Below are positions 33,488 through 40,869 of a DNA stretch of 40,869 nucleotides, piece after piece (within the stretch, counting starts at the first letter, position 1; each line of letters opens with the position of its first letter). Origin of the DNA: a virus. The notes beneath the pieces are model-generated. The model saw only the letters and a list, made by a program, of their open reading frames with translations. It was not told where the DNA came from and ran no database searches. The translations under genes were made by a program, and so were the position numbers. The stretch lies in the IMG/VR virus record IMGVR_UViG_3300001200_000002, positions 1 through 40,869 of that record; one strand, given 5' to 3'.

Positions 33488-34753
33488 TTACAAGAACGCT
33501 GCTGCGTCGATGTTGTAAGCAATACCGTTGTTACCCGGCTTAGTGTGCTCCATTTCGCCGAACAGACACATGTCTACGATGTACTGGTAGCCGTCTTCAG
33601 TTCTAAGTTCATAGAACTCATGACCTTCTGGATTCTTTCTTTTCTTGAAGAAACCGTTTGAACGGAAAGTACAAGAATCTTCATCGTGATATACTACTAT
33701 ATCAGTATCCCATTCTTGAACCATGATGATCTTAAGCTTGCCTTTTACAGTGTTAAGCGTGATCTCATCCCAACCATAAACAGTAGCTTTTCTGCTCTCG
33801 ATGCTTACGTTGTAGTTTCCTCTGTAAGCATTAGAACCACCACCGTTTTCGATAGCCTGCATAACAGCTCCACCGATAGTGTAATCCATAATGATTGTAG
33901 AAGCTTTACCACGAGCCTTTTTTCTAACTTCTGAGTATCCATCAAAAAGCTTTCCAAGAATATTAGTTTTAGTCCAAGAAGAACCATCAATATTCACAGC
34001 TTGTAAGAAAGGATAAGCAGTTTTAGTTTGACCGTGTAAAGTAGCCGAACCACCGTTTGCAGCTGAAAGATAAGCATCTCTCATAGACTGGAAACTTACT
34101 AAATCAGCATCATCTGTAAAGATCAATGCGTTATCAGCTGTAGTAGCTGCACTAACATCAGCGGCTGCGCCACCTCTAGTAGCTGATAAAGTGATTGCGT
34201 TTGCATTGATATCAATAGCAATTACATAAAAATCAACAGCTGCAAGCGTGTCACCTTTAATAGTGATTTTTTGGTTTAATGCGAATCTATCGATTCTATC
34301 AACAACTAATACACCACCTGCAGTACCGTCAACAGTAGCTTTAGCAAAGTGTGGGCCTGTTCCTAACTGAATAGATACAGTCATTTTGAAAGCATCCATG
34401 AAGTCATTGATAGTATCAGGAAGTATCTTTAAGAAAGAATCTTCATTGATACGGCCACTGTGATCAACTAAATCTCTGTGGTTAAAAATCATTGATCCCC
34501 AAGCTTCCTTGTAATCATCGATTGAACCACGAACATATAAGTCTTCACTGATATCATTAGCAGCTGTTAACTTACCCATTCTGATAGAAGATGCTCCAGA
34601 ACCCTTAAATGGAACTATTAATTTTCCACCTTTCCAAGAATCATCTTTCTTACAGTTAGTTAAAATATAATCTCTTTTAATTAGCTCTTCTTTTAGAAGA
34701 TCATTTGGCAGATACTCATTAAGCATCGCCTGAAATGTACGTGTAGTACTCAT
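33488..34753 (-). CDS. major capsid protein
   Basis: 421-aa ORF directly after the scaffold-like gene, with a strong RBS (AAGGGGAAACC) and a strong terminator behind it. The portal-scaffold-capsid gene order supports the call. Confidence 0.7.
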   Translation of the reverse strand: MSTTRTFQAMLNEYLPNDLLKEELIKRDYILTNCKKDDSWKGGKLIVPFKGSGASSIRMGKLTAANDISEDLYVRGSIDDYKEAWGSMIFNHRDLVDHSGRINEDSFLKILPDTINDFMDAFKMTVSIQLGTGPHFAKATVDGTAGGVLVVDRIDRFALNQKITIKGDTLAAVDFYVIAIDINANAITLSATRGGAAADVSAATTADNALIFTDDADLVSFQSMRDAYLSAANGGSATLHGQTKTAYPFLQAVNIDGSSWTKTNILGKLFDGYSEVRKKARGKASTIIMDYTIGGAVMQAIENGGGSNAYRGNYNVSIESRKATVYGWDEITLNTVKGKLKIIMVQEWDTDIVVYHDEDSCTFRSNGFFKKRKNPEGHEFYELRTEDGYQYIVDMCLFGEMEHTKPGNNGIAYNIDAAAFL

Positions 34754-34783
34754 TTGGTTTCCCCTTCAAATTTTTAAAAGATG

Positions 34784-35785
34784 TTAACCTTGCTGTTGAA
34801 GGCGCGCATCCCTAAGTTTAATAATGTCATCAATGGACTTGGGTTTCTTCTTAAGTGGTGAAGTCCCTTTGCCCTGAATGTTTGGAATCACTTGCTGCTG
34901 CTTGTGAACCACCCTGTTCGCTGGTTGTTGTGTTCCCACATTACCTATTTGAGGATTTTGCTGCGTTCCCGTAGCCGATAATCCCAGTAAAGATACAGCG
35001 TCTTGCACTGCTTCTTGAGCCGTTAAGTCACGACCATTTACTTGGTGATGAAAGATCCCTCTCTCGATCGCTACCTGTCTGAATGCACCTGGCTTTCCAA
35101 CCTGAGCATCATACTTTTGAGCCATAGTTTGAATGCTTGGCTCTGCTAAGCTTTGATCAAGTTCCATCGACCTCTGGGCTCTAGCAGTTTGCTGAATCTG
35201 AGTTTCCAAATGTTGGTTTTGAGTTTGCAGATTCTGCATCGTCATAACCCTTTGCTTCTCAGCATCAACTTGTGCTCTTTCCTCGGGCGAAAGTTCTTGA
35301 TACTTTAACTTCTCTATAGCGTAATTTATAAACATGTCTTCAGGCAAGCCCAAAGCTTTAATAAAAGTTTCAGCATCTCTTTTTTCCACAAGCTCATTTA
35401 CTTTTTGAAGACTTGTATCAAGAGTTGTAAAACGATCTTTATAATCATCTCTTTCAGCTTTTGCTAATTCTAGACCATGGCCCCTAGTATAAAGGTCCTG
35501 AAAATTCTTATAAGTTTCCTCGTCTTTAATAAAAGGCTTTGCCCACTCATCAAATTGTAGCTCTTCATCTCTAACTTTATAATTGTAGTTAGGCTCCCAA
35601 GTAGGAGTTTGAGGTTCTGTAGTTTCAGCAGATGCTTGGACATCTGTTTCACTAGAATCCGCTTCAGTCTCTGACATCTGTGTAGCATCATCAACTGCAG
35701 TTACTTCTTCTGCAGTGTCCGCTGCTGTAGTTTCTTCAATAATGTTTTCTTCTACTTCCGGTGTTACTTGTTCTATAGTTTCCAT
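34784..35785 (-). CDS. scaffolding protein
   Basis: 333 aa with an acidic, low-complexity N-terminus and a Q-rich helical body, located between portal and capsid. Confidence 0.55.
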   Translation of the reverse strand: METIEQVTPEVEENIIEETTAADTAEEVTAVDDATQMSETEADSSETDVQASAETTEPQTPTWEPNYNYKVRDEELQFDEWAKPFIKDEETYKNFQDLYTRGHGLELAKAERDDYKDRFTTLDTSLQKVNELVEKRDAETFIKALGLPEDMFINYAIEKLKYQELSPEERAQVDAEKQRVMTMQNLQTQNQHLETQIQQTARAQRSMELDQSLAEPSIQTMAQKYDAQVGKPGAFRQVAIERGIFHHQVNGRDLTAQEAVQDAVSLLGLSATGTQQNPQIGNVGTQQPANRVVHKQQQVIPNIQGKGTSPLKKKPKSIDDIIKLRDARLQQQG

Positions 35786-35815
35786 GGTGCTGCTTCTCTC
35801 CTTGTTTGTTTTTGT

Positions 35816-38017
35816 TTACCCCTGTGGAGGTACGGGAAGACTTTCCATATTCCCGCCATTTAATTGTTGTTGTTGGTTCATCATCTGTGCAATCTGCGCC
35901 ATGCTAGATCGCTCCATTTCTTCCATTTTATCTAAATTAATTCCTTGAAGCTCAAGCTGTTTAAGTAACCACTCAACAGCTTTTTGATCAATACGTGCCC
36001 TTTTTGGCTGTTTAGAAGGATCTTCATTAGGAACATACATGTCAACAGAAACAAGTGCTCCGCCTGTAGGTATAAACCCTTGTTGCGCGCGCTGAATCTC
36101 TTGAGATTTTCTTGTAACTTCATTTTGATGCATCTGCATAAAAGTTTGGTAGTATTGTTGTTGCTCTGGTGGTAAATAAGCAAAGTCTGATTGCTTCATT
36201 CTATGGGTAAGCTTTTTAATGTAATACTCATTATTATCAAGAGGATTAACCTTTGGCTGACTTCCTCTCTCTATTGCAAGCATGTCATTTGTAACATTGT
36301 CGTAATCAATTGTTAAATCAGAAAAAGAATCCTCAGTGTTAACGTAAGGCATGTTTTTTATGATTTTACCAATGTCATCAGGATTTAAGTTTTTACCAAC
36401 GTATTGTAAAATGTGCTGGAAGTTTATCTGCTTACCTAAAAGAGTTTCTGCATCATCAGAAACAGGCTCTAAGTTTATGCGATAACAAAGCTTAGTTGTT
36501 TTTCTAAACTCTGGAATGTTAACCATTTCATTTTTTCCAATTGCAGATATTAAAGCATCATCTGGTAGGTAATGCTTTGCATACTCTAAACTTGTTTCAC
36601 ATATATCAACCATGAATCGTTCCCATTTTTGAATGTATGGAACATAAACTGACTTTTGTGAAAGAGTTCTAAATAACATTGTATGAGGATCAAGCTGATT
36701 GTTTTTTTCAGCCATAACTTCATCTAAAAATGTAGCTTTATAAAGCTCTGCAATTGTTCTTTGGTTGTAATCACCAAACTGTGCGCCTGTTCTACCTGGC
36801 AAAATTTGTGGTGGTGCTCCATTGTAAGAAACCCCTCGAACACCAGGAAGCAATGCACCTTGAGAGAGTTTAGATCCTTTTTGATAAAGTATTTTATCAT
36901 CGCCTAAAGTCACTTGGTGGGTGGCTTCTTGAGAAGCACTTCTATTAATTTCAGCTTGATATGGTCTTGCGACTTTTACAATAGACCTTGCTCTTGGATT
37001 TGTTACATACTCATCAAAACCAACCCAATGAATTGGAAAAATACCAAAAGGTAATTCGCCTTGTTCTAAAATTCCATGCTCTGTAAACATGTAAAAATAT
37101 CCTTTAGGATATAAAATAGAAGGCTTTATAAACATCTCTTTTACTAAAGTTTCAGTCTTTGTGCTTTTGTAAGCCACTTTGTTAGAATCAAAAACTACAA
37201 AGTCATCGCCCTTAGACTCTTCTAAAAATCTAAGTTTATCAGGGTCCTCTTTGTATTTTTTCATCAATGATCTTTTATCAACCATCTTTCTAATTATTAA
37301 ATGCTTAGCTTCTTGCATGTCCTTACACTCTGCAGGACGCAAAAGATTAAACCCATGAATAGGTTCGTAACAAAAATCCCCTGACATAACAGGTTTTGTC
37401 TCATCGGGAACTTCTTGTAAAACAGGCTCCATAGTCATTGGATCTATTATGGGTTGACCAGTAGCATCGTCCACTGCCATTTCCATAACTTGTTCACCAG
37501 TTTCCTCATCGATTAAAGGCTCATACCCTATATGCTGACCCTTATCTGGATCCCAAAAAACTTTTAGTGCAAACTCACCAACTTCTACGAACTCTTCAGC
37601 CCATTTTCTAAATTTATCTTTAAACTTGTGACGCTCTTTTATATCTTCCCAAACCGCTCGGTTTAGTTCTGCGTCTTTTCTGTCCTGCATCTCAGTATCA
37701 TTCTTGGGAACAGGTCTAACCCCAGGGGCTTTTTGAATAATAGAGTTTGTGTAGGTTTTAACAACTCTATAAATGTGGTTTTTTGTTAAGCGAAGTTTTG
37801 TTTGAGGCGATAACTTATTGGTTTCACGAAGACGCGAAAAATGCTTATTAACATTTTTTGTGTAATGCTCACCTGCAGAAAGTAATACATTAGAACGCAT
37901 TTCAGAAAATGCGGACTTATCAACTTCTTCAGATTCGGTATAGAGCCTATTGAGCTCCTCCACTTTCATCTCGTCTAAATTTTTCAGCTTCTCGTCCATC
38001 TCTTTTGACCTCACCAT
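35816..38017 (-). CDS. portal protein
   Basis: 733-aa ORF downstream of the large terminase and upstream of scaffold and capsid. Size and position are typical of podovirus portals. The true start may be an internal ATG. Confidence 0.7.
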   Translation of the reverse strand: MVRSKEMDEKLKNLDEMKVEELNRLYTESEEVDKSAFSEMRSNVLLSAGEHYTKNVNKHFSRLRETNKLSPQTKLRLTKNHIYRVVKTYTNSIIQKAPGVRPVPKNDTEMQDRKDAELNRAVWEDIKERHKFKDKFRKWAEEFVEVGEFALKVFWDPDKGQHIGYEPLIDEETGEQVMEMAVDDATGQPIIDPMTMEPVLQEVPDETKPVMSGDFCYEPIHGFNLLRPAECKDMQEAKHLIIRKMVDKRSLMKKYKEDPDKLRFLEESKGDDFVVFDSNKVAYKSTKTETLVKEMFIKPSILYPKGYFYMFTEHGILEQGELPFGIFPIHWVGFDEYVTNPRARSIVKVARPYQAEINRSASQEATHQVTLGDDKILYQKGSKLSQGALLPGVRGVSYNGAPPQILPGRTGAQFGDYNQRTIAELYKATFLDEVMAEKNNQLDPHTMLFRTLSQKSVYVPYIQKWERFMVDICETSLEYAKHYLPDDALISAIGKNEMVNIPEFRKTTKLCYRINLEPVSDDAETLLGKQINFQHILQYVGKNLNPDDIGKIIKNMPYVNTEDSFSDLTIDYDNVTNDMLAIERGSQPKVNPLDNNEYYIKKLTHRMKQSDFAYLPPEQQQYYQTFMQMHQNEVTRKSQEIQRAQQGFIPTGGALVSVDMYVPNEDPSKQPKRARIDQKAVEWLLKQLELQGINLDKMEEMERSSMAQIAQMMNQQQQLNGGNMESLPVPPQG

Positions 38018-38330
38018 GCATATGACTGTCTATGATGTCTTGCTCCCACTGTAATGGGTCATCCAACATCGTTTGATTGTCCTCTAAGTCTTGAAGGGCT
38101 TGTTTATCCTCTTCAGATAACTCGAGTGGTTCTACTGGTTTTGATGCGTTCGTTCCCGAATCACTTGGTGTGTCAACTTGCATTCCTGCAGGTGATGGAT
38201 TGGTCCCCCAACCTCTAAATTCTACCTCAAATCCGCCTAACTTGAGAGTTTTTACTCCCGATTTAGCACATTGCTTTATAATATTACAAATTTCATTAGC
38301 TTGTAACTCTTTAATTTCCATATTGCTCAT
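37947..38330 (-). CDS. hypothetical acidic protein between terminase and portal
   Basis: ORF track 37947..38342. The ATG at 38330 follows GAGGAG and overlaps the terminase 3' end. Confidence 0.5.
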   Translation of the reverse strand: MSNMEIKELQANEICNIIKQCAKSGVKTLKLGGFEVEFRGWGTNPSPAGMQVDTPSDSGTNASKPVEPLELSEEDKQALQDLEDNQTMLDDPLQWEQDIIDSHMHGEVKRDGREAEKFRRDESGGAQ

Positions 38331-40692
38331 TCCACTCCTCAAAATCGTTTTCTAAATCGTGCCAATCTTGAGGATCGTTCGCAGAATTACCATCTTCAAA
38401 AATACCCCGCCTTTGAGCAAGGTGATAATCTTCCCACGCCTGCTTAGTCTGTGGCATTTTTGCCCCTTGATCAACATCATCCTCATCAGAACCAGCTTTT
38501 ATATCATCAAAATCAAAAGGAACCTCGACAACCCCATATCTTGAGGTGTCCGTTAAGTCATCCTTGGCTTTATTCTTAGGCGTGGCCTTTTGAAGGCTTA
38601 TGTACTCAGAGCCTAGTTTTCTTATCTCATCATCCCCATCAAATAAGAAAAACATGTCATTCTTGAAAAGAGTGTTTAGTAAATCTTCCCCTAGCTCATG
38701 TGATTTATTGGCTTTTTCAAAACTCTCCCCAAGTCTGGCTGTAATCGTACCAAAGTCCTTGGCCGCGTAATCATACACCTTTTTTTGGAATATTTCATGC
38801 TTACCCTGCATCTCTTTAAATTTCGCGTACACATCACCTGAAGTAGTTGGAATACCATCACCTCTCCAAGCCTTGTAAATCCACCCCTTTTTAAAATCTG
38901 GTTGAACTGCAATAAAAACAATTGCACTAGGGTGGCCTGTTTCACCACCACTTCCAATATCTACAGCTGCGTATCTTGGCCAATGCTTAGGAATTTCAAA
39001 AGGCTCAACGTAATGCCTTGTAGGGTCAAACTGGTGTATAGTTCGCCCTTCTTCCTTTACAAACCTCCCCCAAACTCTTCTTTTAATCTCGTTTTTACTC
39101 TTACACTTAGCCTCAACTTTTTTAATTCTTTCTAAAGTCCAAGGTGATAGGTTACCATCTGCGTATTTTAAACAATCATACATAGAAACAGTTCTCTTCC
39201 ATGCATCTTTTAAAAACTCTTGATCCGTACCCCTTGCCTCCATAGCTCTCCACCACATCTCTTGTCCTAGTGTGGCTGTAAAAACCATATGGAAAAAACC
39301 TGCAGTTCCCGCTGTACGGAATTGTAATTCATCGTAAAGATTCTCAGGAAGCTCTTCATCACAATTAGAAAGGTTAACTCCTGATAGATAGTAATTATGG
39401 ACGTTCTTGACGTTTATATTATAGACTTTTTGCTTTTTTGTATAAAGAGCCACACTGTCTAGTACAAAAGTATCTTGCGGAGTCCTTCCTAGTGCTAAAT
39501 TTTTCAGAGCAGTAATCACATGATCTAGTTTCAGTGTAGGCTTTTTTTCTACATCTTTGAGAACAATAATTTCCTGTTGTTTTCTGAGTAGAGCGAGTCT
39601 TAAAACTTTTTTTACACTGTTTACAAACTTTTTCTTTATACTTACCAAGCGTCCCATTTCCCCACTCATGGAGTTTGTGGATTCTTGTGTGCTCAGCCCT
39701 TGTAATAAGCTCCAGATTAGAAATTTTATTATTAGTAATATCCTCATCTTTGTGATGTATGACACTACCTTTTGGAACTTTACCCCTGTACTCTTCCCAA
39801 ATAACCTGGTGTAAATAGGATCCGCTTCCTCTGTTAGACTCTGCAAAATAGTGGTGCCTCTTGTCTTTCGACTCAGGGTATCTTGAGTACTCTTTTCCTT
39901 TAAACTTAACTGTTTCTTTTTTTGCCATGAAGGACTTACATCAAGAACGTCCTTAGAAGTCAAATGTTGAAGCTCCACATAACCGCTGTTTTTTGTCCAG
40001 ACCCTGTGATCCGGGGTCCCTTCTAATTTTAATCCATTGCTTAGGTACCGGGTTATTACCCCCGCCTCTCTAGAATAGTTAGTGACAACTTTTTCGTAAG
40101 CACCTTCTCTAGTAAGAACATCAACGCCTGCTTTTATATCCTGTATTGGAAGTAAACCATCTTTGGTTTCAATTAGATGATCTTTAGTAAAACAAAAAAT
40201 AGAATATACAGAACCTGATTGAAGCGTGTGCGAATCCTGCATATAAGTTTTAAAATAAATAGAAACGCCACTTCTAAAATTAATTTGTTTTATAAATCTT
40301 TTATCATACTGAGCGTCCCAACCATAAACAGCATCGGTCTTCATCTCACCTCTTGGCATAAACTCAGGAACCCATTTTTTTTCAAACTCAGCAGTGGCCA
40401 CATCTTTTGAAGGGTAAAGATACCAAAACATGTTTGGCTCCCTACCCCATAGTCCTTCCCACTTATCTTTATTCGTGGCCCAGTCAATACACTTTCTTAT
40501 TTGAGTCGAGCTTTTAGAGATTTGGTTTGCAGCGCATAATAACTGGACGTCATCTTTAGTGTTATTAAAAAACTCCCAGGCCCACTGATACCAGGGCCAT
40601 CCGTACAAGTGAGGAAGATCTTTTTGTATCTGCTCTTGTCTTTTTAATAATTCTAGTTTCCGTTCTTGGTATATTCTGACATAATCTTTCAT
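38311..40692 (-). CDS. terL: terminase large subunit, interrupted by an intein (precursor 793 aa)
   Basis: P-loop-like LLCAANQISKSS. Walker B is restored as VYSIF-CDEE once 277 codons are removed. The C-terminal nuclease region has YAAVDIGSGGETGHPSAIVFIAV. Confidence 0.85.
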   Translation of the reverse strand: MKDYVRIYQERKLELLKRQEQIQKDLPHLYGWPWYQWAWEFFNNTKDDVQLLCAANQISKSSTQIRKCIDWATNKDKWEGLWGREPNMFWYLYPSKDVATAEFEKKWVPEFMPRGEMKTDAVYGWDAQYDKRFIKQINFRSGVSIYFKTYMQDSHTLQSGSVYSIFCFTKDHLIETKDGLLPIQDIKAGVDVLTREGAYEKVVTNYSREAGVITRYLSNGLKLEGTPDHRVWTKNSGYVELQHLTSKDVLDVSPSWQKKKQLSLKEKSTQDTLSRKTRGTTILQSLTEEADPIYTRLFGKSTGVKFQKVVSYITKMRILLIIKFLIWSLLQGLSTQESTNSMSGEMGRLVSIKKKFVNSVKKVLRLALLRKQQEIIVLKDVEKKPTLKLDHVITALKNLALGRTPQDTFVLDSVALYTKKQKVYNINVKNVHNYYLSGVNLSNCDEELPENLYDELQFRTAGTAGFFHMVFTATLGQEMWWRAMEARGTDQEFLKDAWKRTVSMYDCLKYADGNLSPWTLERIKKVEAKCKSKNEIKRRVWGRFVKEEGRTIHQFDPTRHYVEPFEIPKHWPRYAAVDIGSGGETGHPSAIVFIAVQPDFKKGWIYKAWRGDGIPTTSGDVYAKFKEMQGKHEIFQKKVYDYAAKDFGTITARLGESFEKANKSHELGEDLLNTLFKNDMFFLFDGDDEIRKLGSEYISLQKATPKNKAKDDLTDTSRYGVVEVPFDFDDIKAGSDEDDVDQGAKMPQTKQAWEDYHLAQRRGIFEDGNSANDPQDWHDLENDFEEWNEQYGN
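39364..40194 (-). mobile_element. Hint-type intein (277 codons) in terL
   Basis: Block A CFTKDHLIETKDGLLPIQDI, block B LEGTPDHRVW (TxxH), blocks F/G LDSVALYTKKQKVYNINVKNVHNYYLSGVNLSN followed by the +1 Cys. The central ~165 codons have no recognisable domain in this frame. Confidence 0.8.
39419..39928 (-). CDS. HNH homing endonuclease nested in the intein, in a different reading frame
   Basis: 169-aa ORF with SVIHHKDEDITNNKISNLELITRAEH (HNH_3 type) plus two zinc-ribbon-like repeats, CKQC...YCSQRC and CDYC...FCTRQC. Its codon phase is offset by 1 nt from terL. Confidence 0.85.
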   Translation of the reverse strand: MAKKETVKFKGKEYSRYPESKDKRHHYFAESNRGSGSYLHQVIWEEYRGKVPKGSVIHHKDEDITNNKISNLELITRAEHTRIHKLHEWGNGTLGKYKEKVCKQCKKSFKTRSTQKTTGNYCSQRCRKKAYTETRSCDYCSEKFSTRKDSARYFCTRQCGSLYKKAKSL

Positions 40693-40701
40693 AGGTAAGT
40701 C

Positions 40702-40869
40702 TTAGCCCTTACCTGACTCTGTTTCAGTGTTAACGTCTTTTATGTTTTTGTCGTTAGCACTTACTTCCACAGCAGGGGTTTTGTAGTGGTTGATGTTGTT
40801 AGCAGCCTCTGCTGGTGGGAGTTTTTTAATTTCTTTTTGAAGCCTTGTAAGTTCGTTTTCTATTTCCTC
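40702..40869 (-). CDS. putative terminase small subunit, C-terminal part (continuation of the ORF starting at 734)
   Basis: Same frame as 1..734 across the junction, ending ...NTETESGKG-TAA at 40704..40702. The last 53 nt duplicate bases 1-53. Confidence 0.45.
   Translation of the reverse strand, partial: EEIENELTRLQKEIKKLPPAEAANNINHYKTPAVEVSANDKNIKDVNTETESGKG
40817..40869. repeat. 53-bp direct terminal repeat, copy 2
   Basis: Exact copy of bases 1-53. Confidence 0.95.

Noticed and set aside
39364-40194. Explaining the out-of-frame HNH simply as two compensating homopolymer sequencing errors in an ordinary in-frame HNH intein
   Set aside because: Not fully excluded. Errors would not explain why the terL frame has no stop across about 165 off-frame codons. 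The HNH ORF also has its own ATG and stop, and its 3' end overlaps genuine intein block-F sequence in the other frame. Read-level checking is still required.

Overview
The window is a complete, AT-rich dsDNA phage genome. Bases 1-53 are repeated exactly at 40817-40869, so the unique length is 40816 bp, and one ORF reads across that junction.

Layout:
- A long minus-strand late operon runs from an XRE-type regulator (1401) through the circular junction. Its order is putative small terminase, large terminase, portal, scaffold, major capsid, fibre-like protein, lysis genes, tail and internal-virion proteins, ending near 21575.
- A plus-strand block (8202-21603) carries early genes, a tail-fibre module (9883-15310) and a replication module: SNF2 helicase, family A DNA polymerase and a VRR-NUC-like nuclease.
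- A minus-strand primase-polymerase/SF3 helicase gene (5617-8022) lies next to an iteron plus AT-rich origin-like region.
- A small-gene early region (751-5238) has several signal-peptide/Cys proteins and a mini metzincin.

I found no tRNA, rRNA, CRISPR array, integrase, RNA polymerase, tape measure or sheath. This suggests a short-tailed, probably virulent phage of a Gram-negative host, but that is inference.

The most unusual signal is in the large terminase gene. A Hint-type intein splits the Walker B motif. Inside it, a complete HNH homing-endonuclease ORF sits one nucleotide out of frame, yet the terminase/intein frame stays open across all ~510 overlapping nt. The HNH start coincides with a dnaX-type A_AAA_AAG slippery heptamer in the intein frame.

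Other items worth a second look are three GC-rich structured intergenic elements, a G7 tract separating two halves of a tail-fibre gene, and enzyme-like genes embedded among virion genes.

All functional calls come from motifs read by eye. No database search was possible.
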